Below, piece after piece: positions 14,150 through 28,100 of a stretch of 64,000 bases of DNA (within the stretch, counting starts at the first letter, position 1; every line of letters begins with the position of its first letter). The notes beneath the pieces were generated by a model that saw only the letters and a program-made list of their open reading frames with translations, was not told where the DNA came from and made no database searches. Origin of the DNA: Camelus dromedarius (taxonomy: Eukaryota); NCBI RefSeq assembly GCF_036321535.1, contig NC_087436.1, positions 72,232,001 through 72,296,000 of the forward strand, given 5' to 3'. The position numbers and the translations under genes are program-made.

Positions 14150-14810
14150 GCTATCCAGAATATATTACAAATACTATATATCAATAAGACAAAGACAAGC
14201 AATCCAAAAGAAAAATGAACAAGAATATGAATAGGTAATTCACAGAAAGTTAATAGATACTTAATTTCATTATTTATCAAAGAAAAACAAATTTAGACTA
14301 CAATGAGATAGTATCTCATAGCCATGAGGTTGTTCACAGTTAACACTGACTTTTGTTGAGGATGTGGGGAGATGGGAACTTGGACATGATTGGAGGAAAT
14401 ACAAATGCATAGAACCATCTTGGAAAGCACTCTTGCGATACCTAGTTGAAGCTGAAGATATGCGCATCCCACCCCGGCGCTATCCCTTCTAAATGTCTGC
14501 GCTAGGGAAACTCTCAACCACGTACATAAGAAATGATGTGTGAGAACGCTCGCGAAACACTGTTCATAACAGCAAGATCTGGAAACAACTACTGTCCCTC
14601 AGTAGTTCAAGTGGTAAACAATGCCATGGTACAGAGTTAAAATGAAATAACTCCAACTACTTGGATTAACATGGGTTAAGTCTTTAAAACATACTTTTGA
14701 ATAATTAAAAAAAAAAAAGACACGTTCAGTGCAAAGCCATTCACGTAAATGTTAAAGCCCCAAATTATCGTATCATATCTATCATTTAGAAACATGCATG
14801 TATAATAAAA
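14150..14810 (+). mobile_element. Ancient L1 fragment
   Basis: Degenerate L1 3' motifs (actacaatgagatag, tgttgaggatgtgggga, tgttcataacagcaaga). Confidence 0.6.
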
Positions 14811-14814
14811 GTTC

Positions 14815-15925
14815 TGTTGACAAAAAATTAACAGTCAATCTAAGAAAGAAATGGAAAATTTTACTCAAGCCAATCTGAGGATTTTAACCCAAGAAACAGT
14901 CTTTCAGAAAGATCTGAGGACTGTTCTGAACAGGTAGGGGGTGGGGCGGCCAGCAAGTATGTGATTTTGACAAAAGGGAAAGTGCAGTCAAGTCCACACC
15001 TTGGTAGAATGTTACTGCTATTCGTGAAGAACAGGTATCTTAGTTAATATGGTTTTAGTGATTTTCCAAGTAGAGGAAGATGCAAGAAACTGGTTTTATA
15101 AAATCTTCTCCTGAAAGTACCTGACTATCTGAGTATCAGTTCTGCCAGTTTTCCTAGAACCCAGAGTGCCTCACACTGATCTTCATCCCAAACTCCTTTC
15201 AGGGTGTCCGGTTGGTCAGCGACCGCAGGGACTGGTGACTTGGTTCTTGTGGAACTGGATGGTGGGCAACATTCTTTTATTTTGCAATCTCCACGCTTTC
15301 AGTCTTAATTTCGACCAAGGTTTGGGAGACATTTTGTGACCAATTTTTCCCATGGAACTAAGACCGTTCATTCCCAGTTCAGGCGAGGGTTTTCCTGATA
15401 GGCCACAGTCAATGATCTTACAGGACTACATATTTGATCAATCTTTCAAAGTCGCCTAATCATCGTTGACTGTATCGAAGGCTCAGTCACACTTTTGGTA
15501 ATGCAAGAATCAATAATCTTGTAAAATTGGCAGAACATAAATAATGTGTCTAGTATTATTAACAAGGTCGTAAGTAAGTATTTAAGCTAAGAGCTTCTGT
15601 TAGATGCAGCCTGGTATCTCCCCAGGTCATCTAACCTGTCCATTCTGCACCAGTTGCTGTCTCTAAAGGAAACTATATATTGACATTGTACATGAAGTTC
15701 ACCAAAGATGTCTGCGCATACAAGGCAACTGCTGGGTCATCGTGACCCCTTACAAGATTGAGAGCTCCTTTTAAGGAGTTACACAGCTGGCACCAGAAGA
15801 AGAAAAATTGATCTTTATGGCTGAGCAAGTATTTCTGCCCTTGGGGAGGTCTGGTTAATGCACAATGCACACTGGGGTAGGAGACAGAGAAAAATTTTAT
15901 GTTTAAATTTTTCTTGCCTTCTCAT
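14815..15925 (-). mobile_element. ERV/LTR-derived segment
   Basis: Starts TG(ttgac), ends (cttct)CA and interrupts an old L1; composition is LTR-like. No TSD found; family unassigned. Confidence 0.5.
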
Positions 15926-17929
15926 AAAATATGAATTTATTTCATCAATTCAGAACATTAATAAGAATGACACTATCAAAGGAGTTCAGCAACAAAGGGG
16001 GAAAAGGATTGGCTTTAGTATTTATATTATTTTTCTTAATTAAGAAAGACCCGAAGCAAATATGATGAAATACTAATATTGCTTAATCTCAGAGGTGGAT
16101 AGATAGGCAATTGTTATACATACATGTGTATATATTTTTTACTTTATGTTTACAAAGTTTTATATTGAATCAAAAAGCTTAATATGTTTGCGAAATTTTT
16201 TCTCTTAATGGGGAAAAAGAAGGGAATTTTAAATATACCCTTTATCAAAAAATCTCTTTGAGATTTTATTTGCCAGACTTCCTTCTTCCTTGTTACGGAG
16301 TTTAATAACCTCAAACCATATTTACTTCTGTGGTTTCATTCTGAAAAAGCAAATTTGGCTGGTTTAGAAAAAGCCTCCCATTAGTCTAGATTCTAAGCTA
16401 GAGGTTCTCAAAGGAAATTATTTTCTTGGCAGAGCTGAAAGGAAAAGCCAAAACTTTTTGATGTTGACACAACCTCTGGTGAAACGCCATTAAGTTCACG
16501 GAGTCTGTGAACCTTCCTGGCGTCCGCAGTGTGGGCCTTGAAACTACCCCTGCCCCACCCATCACTTGGAGCAGAGTGGAAACATTCTGGGAACAGGCAC
16601 GATGCTGTCCTGAGTAATACTTATTTAATGCACTGCTTTGATTTGTTTCCAAATTTTTCAAAATCATTTTCGAACTTTTACATTGAGTGACTATCTCAAT
16701 GTTTACAAGGCAAAGGAAGTCCGCCAGCTGTTATTGCGTTGGTACTGTGCATGCCAGCCTATTTTTTTTGGCTTATGCAGTAAATTTATATTTCATAAAA
16801 TGTATATTTTCTTAAAGGTGTAAGTGGGTCAAAGTGTGCACTTTCGGTTGGGAAACAAAGGCTTTTTTTCCATCTGTGAAATCCTATATTCTATACAATG
16901 TCTCACACCTTTAATGAGGTTGAATAAAGGTTCATCAGTATCATGACAGTTTTATTAAAAATAGACAAAAATGTATGATTTTGCAGATGTAAAAAAGTGA
17001 TATCTATCCTAAGGAATGTTTCCTGAAAATTATTTAATTATATAATTATTACATTATTTGCATATAATTATTTAATTCTGTGCAGAGTGTATATTTGATA
17101 CATTTTGCATAAGGCCTCTAGAAGTTGGGTGTAGTTGGTTTTGTTAACTACTCTAGGAAATCACTGTAAAACAAAAGATTAGAAATACAGAAGTGCTTGA
17201 CAATTTGTTTTAAATCACTAGAGAAACATTAAAAGCATACTACTTTTGCTTTTTTGGATTTATTCAATTTTAAATAAATAATACACATTAAGACAAAACA
17301 AACAATATCTTTGCTTCTGAATAACATTTTAAGCTTAAGGGGAAAAAAGTCATAAATGATGACATGCTTTTATTTTTCTATGTTTTAAATTTATAAAATG
17401 TTATTTTAATACTGATGTGAGTAAATATTTTTAAAAATTAGTCTTTATTTTCTTTTTTGCTTCCTTCCTATAAATCATGTCATTTGTCTTCCAAACATGG
17501 TAAGTTTAAGAACCCTTAAAAATTATTTTATTCAAATTACAGTTTTCAGAAGACAGGGCTCTGTATTAGTTATCTTTGAAGTTTTTCATACCATTTGTTG
17601 AGCCTCATTTGCAGGAATATAAATTTCAGATAGACAGAAGCAGCAAATGATGAAGCAAAGGGGTAAAAATTGCCCCACATTTTATGTGTGACTGAGTGAA
17701 TGACTCAACTGAGGACACTGAAGCATCTCCTGTAGGAGTCTGTCTGTAAATCTGCTAAAATTCCAGTCGGAGCAACAGATGGAGTCTGGACTGTATTTAT
17801 GGCTCCAAAAGAGTGTTGACATCTTCCCCAGACCTAAGACATATAATTTTGAGGTGAAGATGACAGTGTTTCCCATTTGTGACAAATCTCAAGAGTTACC
17901 ATACTGGCATCCCATTTGAATAAGAATGT

Positions 17930-18590
17930 GAAAAAGCAGACAGATTCAGATATACCCTACACATAGTAACAGGCATCATTTTAAAGTATAGTTTTTGAGG
18001 AGTTTTGAAAAAAATATCAACCCATCTAGCCACTAATAATCCTGAGCATCTTTTCATGTGCTTATTGGCCAATGGTATACTTTCTTCTATGAAACTTGTT
18101 GAAACATTGTCCCTATTTATTATTAGATGGTTTGTGTTCTTACTATTGAGCTGTATGAGTTATTATATATTTTGATTATGAATCATATCAAATATATGTA
18201 TCGCACATGTTTTCTCCTTTTGTGACTTGACTTTTCATTTTCTTAAAAGTATTTGAAAAACAGCAGATTAAATTTTGATGAAGCTACAGTGAAAAATTTT
18301 TTCAAAGTACTGATGAGTACTTTAACAATCTTGTCTAAAAAACCGTTTGCCTACCCCAAGGTTGGAAAAATTTTCTTCTGTATTTTCTTCTAAAAATTCA
18401 TTTATTTTGATTTTTTCAGTTTAGCTATCTGATGCATTTTACATTAATTTTTGTGTTCGGTGTGAAGCCAAGACCAAAATTCATATTATCTCATGTGGAT
18501 ATTCAGTTGTTCCAGCACCATTTATTGAAAAGACTCTATTTCCTTCATGGAATTACCTTTGGCACCTTTGTAGAAAATCAGTTTGCCACA
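17930..18590 (-). mobile_element. Old L1 fragment
   Basis: gagcatcttttcatgtgcttattggcc; cagttgttccagcaccatttattgaaaagact. Confidence 0.75.
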
Positions 18591-18872
18591 TATTGTATTT
18601 TAAAGGTTAATAGTTAAGAACTCAGCCCCTGGAGTTAGATTCTCTGGGGCTCTCTGGATTTAAATACTTTCTCAGCCCTATAGCATGGTGACTTTGAGCA
18701 AGCTTATTCATCCTATTTCAGGCATAGATATGAGAAAGAACTAAGTTCAAAAGACCTTTACTAATATGACTTGCCTAAGGTCACACATGTAGGCTAGTGA
18801 CAGAACTGAGACTTGAACCCAAGTCATTTGACCTTCTGTTCATAACTCATTGAACTCTAGTACACTGACTTT

Positions 18873-19923
18873 CTTATTTTTTCCCAGCTTTATCAAAACA
18901 TAATGGACATATAACATTGTATAAATTTAAAATGCACAACATGTTAATTTGATACCCTTCATGTTGCAAAATTATCACCACCATAGCATTAGCCAGCACC
19001 TCCATAATGTCACCTATGACCGTTTCTTTTCTTTTGAGAAAATTTAAGATCTACATTCTTGGCAATTTTCAAGTATATAATACAGTGTTATTAACTATAA
19101 TCACCATATTATACATTTTTCTCCAGAACATATTCCCCTCATAACTGGAAGTTTGTACACTTTGACCAATATCTTCCCATTTCCCCCAACCCCCAGTCCC
19201 TGATAACTATCACTCTATTCCCTGTTTTTATGAGCTGGTGTCTTCCACTCTCTCAGAGGCAGAAGACTGGATTGGCTGCCAGGGTTCCTGGGTTCCAGTG
19301 GGGGCAGCGGGGAGAGAGCAGGGAGGGACTCAGGTGGCTGGTGTCAGCAAACACACATACTTATGGGGCAAACCTGGTGAAATCTACAGGGGGTCTATGG
19401 TAGCTCTGCTGGCCATTGGTTTTTTCAGTGGTGAAAGATGCTGGGTTTGTTTGCAGAGCAGGTCGCTGTGAACTATGATCGTGCCCTCTATGTCACTGCT
19501 ACCGCTAGTCTCTGCTTTCCTTCCTGTTCCTTGCCGTCTCTCCATGTCTCAGCTTTGCAGGTCTGCGTAGGGCAAAACCAAAGTGAGACCTTTGTGCAGT
19601 GCCCCAAAGGCTGGTAAAGCTGGGTGCTCACTGTGCTCTCTCTCCTGGTGAGGGCAACTTTCTAACTGAGGATCACCCCCCGGCACCGAACAAGGCCAGC
19701 CTGAGAGATGGGAAAAGCAAGCAAAATGAAGCAGTCTTCCTTCTCTTTTTGTGCGTAGTTATTCTCAGATTTATTTGTTCCACGAAGCTGCTGAAGTTTC
19801 CTAAGTGGACTCTATAGCTCTCCCAGATTGCTGTTTTTGCTTGTGGATAGCTGCCCAGTTATTGATTCATCTGGGGAGGTGGAAGCTGGGATCTCCTAGG
19901 CTATCATTTGGTGATGTCACTCC
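18873..19923 (-). mobile_element. Internally deleted L1 (5'-UTR-like start joined to 3' UTR) with TSD
   Basis: TACACTGACTTT at 18861-18872 and 19924-19935. Minus strand starts GGAGTGACATCACCAAATG (L1 5'-end-like) and ends in an L1M 3' UTR. Confidence 0.65.
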
Positions 19924-20828
19924 TACACTGACTTTTTAAAAAATACCGTGACTCTTGAATTCTTTCTAATTTGGGGGAAATATTCACACTTTAACAAGTT
20001 GACTTTTCATGTGCTTACATGGGAGAGAAAACCATGAAGACTACCAAGCCATTTATAGTTTTGTGAGAGTAAAATTCTGTTCTTTGTAATTCCTATAAGA
20101 GATCTTTCAGCCAAGAATATTCACTCAGAACTTACAGAATAGATTCCTCATTTTAAAAATATTTATTTCTGTTAATATCTTCTGTTTTTGTGTTCTGTTC
20201 ATCCAATAGATTAAGATAATCAGCTCAAAATGGATTCAGATGATCAAGTATTCAGACTAAATAAAACTGTTATTTTAGGAGTAGTGTGGCCTTTCAAATG
20301 CCTTGACAAGGCTAGTCCCTCTCCAATTCTGGAGTTGTAAGCTCTTAAGTCAAAGCAAAAAGGTTGGAATGTCAAATATCATTCCAGAGAATTTCACACA
20401 AAAAAGGAAAACCCAAGATACCCTTTCTTACTAGGATTTATCTCTTTTATTCTAGAATTTCACCCTGAATTTCACAAAAGACTTCTTTCTGTGAAATCAA
20501 AATGCTGAGCTGTCTTTTTTTCCCGGATAATAAATTTCACAAAGCTTCTGTTGGGAATGTACGTGAAATGAAGTTGTACTTTAAGCAAATTTGGTTTGTC
20601 AAAGCACTCCAAAGACAGCAGCATAAAATTTGTTTCATTTGAAGTATCTACTTCTCTTTTCTTTGAAATAGTGAATCCGAAGGTTTAAACATTAGACCAA
20701 AGCACTTTGAAAACTTCCCTCTTTCAAAGATAAAGTATTTATAGCAGGAAACATGGCCTCCCTTCAAACAAAACATAGAAACTCTTCGGCTAAAAGTTGA
20801 AGATGAAAGTGTGAAGAGGTGGTTATTT

Positions 20829-20956
20829 TTTGTTCATTTCTGGGGGGAGGTACTTAGGTTCATGAGTTTATTTTTCTCAAAGGCGGTACTGGGGATTGAA
20901 CCTAGGACCTCGTGTGTGCTAAGCCGTGCTCTACTACTGAGCTATCCTCTACCCCC
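20829..20956 (-). mobile_element. tRNA-derived SINE with TSD
   Basis: A/B boxes on the minus strand; TSD aag(a/g)ggtggttattt at 20814-20828 and 20957-20971. Confidence 0.9.
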
Positions 20957-21879
20957 AAGGGGTGGTTATTTAACTCTAAGTGCCTGACTCTGGCTCTGTG
21001 AGTCTCCCCTTACTGGATCCTTCCCACTGTGACTGTGACTCCCTCTGCTATTGGCATGCTGGCTCCATCAGTTCTTGGAGTTTCCGTCTTTGTTAGATCT
21101 ACACATGGACAAACTCCTTGCTTTGGGTTTTCCTTAATATAATTGAGACCTAATGAAACATTTTTGAAAATTATCAAACAAAAAGAACATAAAAAATATG
21201 GAAATAATGTTCTAGAAACACCTCAGTTCACCAAGGTCACAAAACTCTGGCAACCACTAATCTTTTTACTATTTTTTTCTTTTCCAGAATATCACATAAA
21301 TAGAATAATGCAGTATGTAGACTTTTCAGACTGACTTCTTTCACTTACCAGCATGCGTGCATATAACTCCATAGACACCTTGCTTGAATCTCTTATGTCC
21401 TAAGATAAATCTATCTCTAAGTGAAGGCTGATATCACCTGTGACCTGACCTCTAGGAATTCCTTCTGACACAATTAGACCTTGTATATTGAAACCAAAGA
21501 GACAGATTCCCTGTCAGTAGTTCACAAAATTACTTCCTACTCAGTTACAAGTCTCTGTTTTGAGAAATGGGTAAATGCAAAGGGCACCAATAGAGATTGG
21601 AGCTTTATAAAGGCCCACCTTATACAGGAATTAGCTTCCACACAGTCACACTTACAGCAACAACATAATTAAAAAATGCCACATGATAGATAGTCATCAT
21701 CATGTAGCTTAATCATTTATTAAGCTCCACCTTATGCCAGGCAGTATGCTACGTGATTTACATGCTAAATTCTATTTAAGGTAAGAACTACATAATATGT
21801 AAAGAGCTAGTTCTTGAGTACTTAATAAGGTCTTATTTGCCTACAAAGAGTTTTCACTGATTTTCAGAACAATACCATT

Positions 21880-22980
21880 AAAACATTGTTTTTGTGTGTG
21901 GTACAGTATATATAACATAACATTTAGCAATTTTTAAATGTAAAGATCAGTGACATTAATACTGTCACATTGTTGTGTCACCACCATCTATCTCCAGAAC
22001 TTTTTTATCTTCCCAAATCGAAACTTTGTACCAATTAAACAGTGACTCCCCATTTCCATTTTACCTCTGTCTCCATGAATTTGATTAATCTCGATACTTA
22101 ATGTAAGTGGAATCATACACAACATTTGTCCTTTTGTGACTGCCTTATTTCACTTAGCATGTCTTTAAGGTTCATCCATGTTGTAGCACGTATCAGCAGG
22201 CGACTGTACCATGTAGCACATTTCACCACCCTGAAACATCCCCTGAATTTCACCCACTGAAACCACTCACTTTCCCCACAAAAACTCCCTGGCAACCATG
22301 AATCTTTTTATTCTTGTTTTTTTTTTCTTTCCCAGAATGTCACATAAATAGACTAATACCGTATATAGCCTTTTCAGATTGATTTTTTTCACTTAACAAC
22401 ATGCATGCAAAATTCATCCACGTCTTTGTGTATCTCAATAGCTCATTCCATCACTGAATAGTATTCTGTCATATGAATTCACCGGTTTGTTTATGTATTC
22501 ACCTATTAAATGCTTCTTGGTTGCTTTCAGTTCTTACAGTTACAGATAAAGCTGGTGTAAACATTTTGCAGGTTTTTCTGTAGACACAGGTTTTCATATC
22601 AGTTGGGTAGATATCTTAGAGTATGATTGCTGGATAAGATGGCAAGACTATGTTTAGCATTGCAAGAAGCTGCCTAACTCTAACCCAGAGTTCTGTACCA
22701 TTTTGCAGTCCCACCAGCAATGAATAAGAGTTCCATATCCTTGCCAGCTTTTTGGGTTTTAGCCATTCTAACAGGTGTATAGTGCTATTCATTGTTGTTT
22801 TAATTTGTAATTCTCTAATGATGAATTACGTTGAGTATCTTTTCATATAGTTATTTGCCATCTGTATATCTTCTATGGTAGTGTCTGTTCGGATTTTTTT
22901 GCCCACTTTTTAAAACTGGGTTACTTGTTTTCTTATTGATGAGTCTTAAGAGTTCTTAGTATATTTGGAATATGTCTTAC
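21880..22980 (-). mobile_element. Old L1 fragments (composite)
   Basis: ttatttcacttagcat...ggttcatccatgttgtagca; ttctgtaccattttgcagtcccaccagcaatg. Confidence 0.75.
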
Positions 22981-25414
22981 AAAAGTCTTTAATTAATTCA
23001 AATTCATCAGTAATATATTGGGCAACCACAATTTAAAAACTCATGGTACAAGTTTCTTAGGCAGAGGTGAAATATGGTTCTTTTTCATAAAGAGCTTGTA
23101 GTAAAGAGGACATGAGAGGAATAAGAGAAAATAAAAATAGATCTTTAAGGGAGAATATACAACCACCACATAAATGGTATAACCGACAAATTATACTAGA
23201 GTTGACAGGAAAACAAGAGGACTGAAGGGAGTTTGATAAAGTAGCATCAATAGAAAGACACAGCTGCCAAGACAGTAGGATAGAAAAGGTAATTATTTTG
23301 AAGGTGGTAGTAGTAGGGAAGAATAATGGTTAAATGATCCTGCTTCACAGCTGAGAGAAGCGAAAGAAGCCTGTTGTGATCAGAAAAAATTGGGACTTTA
23401 CAATTTAAATGGTTTCCTGATGTTTTACATGAAAGACAAATAAATGAGTTATATGGAAAGCAAAAGTGTAACAATCATAAAATAATTACACAATAGAATT
23501 TAATTTAGTATAATGATACTGGTATACCTAAGAATGAAATGGAAAAATTATTAAGACACAAAGCAGTATAGTTGAAGTTTCAAAGCATCTAACCCAAGTG
23601 GGCTAGGTTTCCTCTGAGCACAGACACTGTAATGCCTTTTCTATGAGCAGGATTCTGACTGGAAAGTACCTTTTTTCTCCCTCTCATTCCCCATCTACTC
23701 TTTTATGCCTGAAATTCTTTTGTGGGGATTACAGCCCTTTACCCTTTGTTCTTCATTAGACTTTGGGATTAAAATGCCAAAAACAATAGCTTTATCACCT
23801 AGTCAGACATAAAATTTTACAGGAAGATGTGAATGACTGAGATCAGATCTTTTTTTCTAGAGGAAAATTGTTTTGATAATGGGAAAGTGCTAGAAGATGG
23901 AGAGATTTGGGGAAGGTAGTTAGTTGCAAAGGAAGACAAAGTCCCCTCCTTTACAGCTTGATCACAAACATCCTTGGTGATTAACTTCTGTGGCCACTGC
24001 TTTTGTTTTCATTTTAATGCCCCAGGCTTTCACCCTAAGAACAGATGGCCAGTTATCTATTGACCTATATAGTATCAAAGGCAAAGCCACCCACACTTAA
24101 AAGACAAACACACTTTACCCGTTCATTGCCCTGCATGAAACAAGAAGTAAGCAGATAGAATACACAGGTGTGGCTTTGCATTCTGTTTTATACCAATTGA
24201 ACTTACAGGAAATAATTTCCTTAAGTACTGATGCCATTCCCTAGGGTAATTCCCAGAATACAGTTCTGGGAAATACTGTTCTCAGAGAAGCCATCTTATT
24301 TTCTCTCTGTGATTCCTGAATACGGATAAACAATTGATAATCCTCAGTTACTTCTGGTGCTTTTGGCTACCTCACTTCTTCCATACATTCCATTGCCATC
24401 AAAGTGGAGAGTTTTGTTTTTATAGAAATGTATAAGAGGAACTCTGTGGAAATCCCTAAATATTTTTCTATAATTTATTAATCTGTGTTTTTAAAGAGAA
24501 CACCAAACAGTGTATTTTCTTTGAGGTCAAGACAGTTTTGTTTCATGATCAAGATGGCAAAATGACTATGAGGAACTGAGGAAAATTATGAGGTGTGAGC
24601 CAGACAGTAGGAAAATGTCTTTGTGCCCCAGGATGCCAGACTTGCTAGAAAAACTCCTATTTTTGTATATTCCTTTATTTTCCACTTTAGAGTTTTCTGT
24701 TAACAAATATATGTATATGTTCACAAACCCAAGGCCATTCCTCTGTGAATTCCTGCGGTGGGGCTGTCTGTTCGTTACACGGAAGAGTCAGTCCTGTGTT
24801 TACCAGATCCCCAGAGAGACACTAAAGATCTTTCCTAGAACTCCTGGCCCGAAATACATTTAATCTAACATTAAGTATGGCTGTGCCCTTAAAGCACCTT
24901 TTGTGTCTTTGAGAATGGATTGAGACTGGAGGTTGGGAGGGGGGCGTTTGTTTATGCTGATGGTTACCATAACTGCCATAACAACGCACAGGGTCACCCC
25001 TCTGCCGCTGAATTCTTAGAAGTCCCTGAGGAAATTCCCAGCCTCGGAAGTTTGACGTGGCTTCAGGAAGAATAGAGGGAGCAGGAAGTACATGACAATA
25101 GACACCAGTACAGTGACAACATGGCTCATTTTTCACCTAGAAAGAACCAGGCTCCAAAGCTTCTAAGCTATCAGATAACGCATGGAAAGGGCAAGGATTG
25201 ATGTTCTCTGTGGAGGCAATGGAGAGTTGTCCTGGGTATGCAACTTACAAATGACTGGGGCTTCCCCCCACCCCAGGCTCTGAATGTTTTCTCCCATTCA
25301 CCTGGTGTTGATTTATCACGTCTCCCAGAAGCGGATAACAAATGAAGAGGCGGGCCTTGTTAGCACAAACTGGTTTGTCAGGTAACCCCCAAAATGTGCC
25401 TGAGCCATTTTCTT

Positions 25415-25532
25415 TTTTATGGTTAGGGGGGAAGCAATTAGACTTATTTATTTTAATGACAGTACTGAGGATTGAACCCAGGACCTTGTGCATGCTAAGC
25501 ACACGCTCTACCACTGAGCTATGCTCTCCCAC
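25415..25532 (-). mobile_element. tRNA-derived SINE with TSD
   Basis: A/B boxes on the minus strand; TSD cctgagccat(t/c)ttctt at 25399-25414 and 25533-25548. Confidence 0.9.
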
Positions 25533-27789
25533 CCTGAGCCATCTTCTTAAATTATGTGCTATGAGTTGAAAGCCCTTAGTAATCCCCCAGCAGCAGGCCT
25601 AAGTTTACAGTTTGAACCAACCTCCTAAGAGGGCTCAGGTCCTGGCTTTTCCCACATCAGCTGATCCACTGCTAAGCTGTTTTCAGTATGTTTAGGTCAA
25701 TCATCTGGAACGTGAGGATGGACTAGGATGGACTACTCCCTCTCCAGCTTCTCTTGTCCTGTGGCACACAACTTCCTTCCTTCCTAGCAGCTGAAAATAA
25801 CCCTATTTTATCTTCCCTTGCCAACCTGGGCATGTGGATGTCTTTGTTAATTTATACTGTCAGGGAAAAAAAATTCTGAAATTTGAAAATAAGGCAAGAA
25901 GATTACTGCATAACTTTCTCATAATATACCAGAGTATTATCTAAAAAGCCCCCACAAATTGAACCTCTCTCTCTAGGGAATGTAATTTTGTTTGATTTTC
26001 TATTTATTATTGATTACGTCCAACCTCTGTAAAGTTAAATATTATTTTATAGGGGACTGACAAATGCAAATTGTTTTTTTTCCCATTAACAATATAAATA
26101 ATTTCTATCCAATAGAGTAAAATATCATCAAATGTTACAATTGTATTATTCCGTAGGACACTAGTCAGTTTTTATCTAGCTTTGTAGTTTAGTTCCAGCA
26201 TTTCCCTCCCCGCCCATTGATTCATGTATATCTCTTCTCTCTTTCTTTGAACCAGCATTTATTATCCCTCAAGCTCCCTCAATAATAAGTTAAATAGCTC
26301 CTTTAACACTTTCTCACTACTTATCTGAGCCATGATTTTAAATTATTTTTAAGTGAATTTTGATAATACATAAGTCTATAACTTGAGTTACTTCTCCTTT
26401 CTGGGAGCTTAAGAGTTCTTTCCTCTTAGTATTCCTTAAGACTTTCTCTTTTCTCCCTCCACTCTGAGGCCAAATAATTTCCCTCTTCCCAGAAGTACCT
26501 TTCGATCCTAAGTTCAAGGCAGCTGAACTTTATTCAAAAACTAGAATACTACACAGTCCCAAGAAAACAGGTAAAAGGTGGAGATTGAACTGCAGGCCAT
26601 ACCCTAGCACTGGGGAAGATGTTTTGTGAAAAGGTCAACATTTCATCACTGTAAAAAGTGTAACATAATTTACAGCCTAGTAGTTACTTACAAAGAAATT
26701 ACAATATATTTGGCATGACAAGTTGTACATATGAAACTTTTAAAAAAACTAGATAGTATGGGAAATCAGCATTTATATTCTGAATGATACAGGACTATAA
26801 TTTAAGAAAAGCATAGTGTATGAGAAGGTACTGTGTGTGCTGTGAAAGCAATAAGTGAATTAAAAGTCCAGGAAAGCAACAGTCATTAGGATAGCCTTAA
26901 TGAAAGGAAGGATTGAGTCCCCAGATGCAAAGATGAATTGGACTTTGTGTTGAGTATTTTAAGGTCAGTCTGACCTATACGTGCTGACAGAGCTGGAGAG
27001 GGTCATGAGTAAACATGGAACACAGAAGTAAGGATGAATGGGGCCATTTAGGAATCAAAGTAGTATAATTTTAAATAAGTACTAGTTAATGATCTTATCT
27101 TTAGAGAAAACCTATACCAATTTAACCTGTATTCCGGTAGAAGTTTTATGCACCGAGACCTCATATTTGAAGGTTTTATTATTTTGATTTCAGCAAAACT
27201 CCCTACTATGTGCCAGACATTTGCTAGATCCTAAGAAGATATGATGTAATTTCTGTTTTCAAGGAACTCACATTTTGTGAAGAAAATAGATTTTCTTCAT
27301 TTGAATTAAGAAAAGAATGTAGGATCTAATTATATGAAATCCAAATAATAAAGAATTTTGAAAGATAGTTTTAAGAATGTTACTTTCAAAGAACATCATT
27401 AAAGATATAAAATTATAACCATGACTCTTTCACTGGCTTTCTGTTTTATCCTTCATGAATGTGGGAGCCACTCAGTATAGTCTAAAAAATAATTCATCCC
27501 ACAAACACATGAGATTTACTATCTGCCAGGCACTGTTCTTGGTTGTGCTGCTGGAGAAACAAAGATGAATGATTGGCATATGGTGTTACCCATAAGTTGT
27601 TCATTCTCTAATCGGAAAGACACACATAAACAGTCATATGATAATTCTATACTTTGAAAGCTACAGCAAAGCTGTCAACCAAGTCTTGTGAGAGCACAGA
27701 GGAGAGACACCTCCTGACAGGCTCAGAAGGCATCCTGGAGGAGGTGACTCTTAGAGAAACACAAATGCTGTATGTTAGTACTTCAATGA

Positions 27790-28100
27790 GGAATTAAAAA
27801 ATAAAACAAACTAGTGAATGTAACAAAAAGGAAACAGACTCATAGATGTAGAGAACAAACTAGTGGTTACCAGTGGGGAGAGGGAAGGGGGAAGAGGCAA
27901 GGTAGGGGTAGGGAATTAAGAGGTACAAACTATTACATATAAAATAAATAAGATACAGGGCTATATCGTACAACACCAGGAACATAGCCATTCGTTTATG
28001 CTAACTATAACCAGAGTATAAACTTTAAAAATTGTGAATCACTATGTTGTAAACCTGTAACATATAATACTATACATCAACTATATCTCAATTAAAAAAT
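27790..28100 (+). mobile_element. L1 3'-end fragment inside older L2-like sequence
   Basis: aacagactcatagatgtagagaacaaactagtggttaccagtgggga...caactatatctcaattaaaaaa. Confidence 0.8.

Noticed and set aside
21243..22410. Two similar ~120-bp segments (about 21243-21360 and 22270-22410) suggesting a local duplication
   Set aside because: Both look like fragments of the same old L1 family; cannot be distinguished from independent insertions by eye.
27278..27299. Near-perfect 22-bp palindrome TGAAGAAAAT-AG-ATTTTCTTCA
   Set aside because: Short, AT-rich, at the edge of a decayed repeat; no supporting context.
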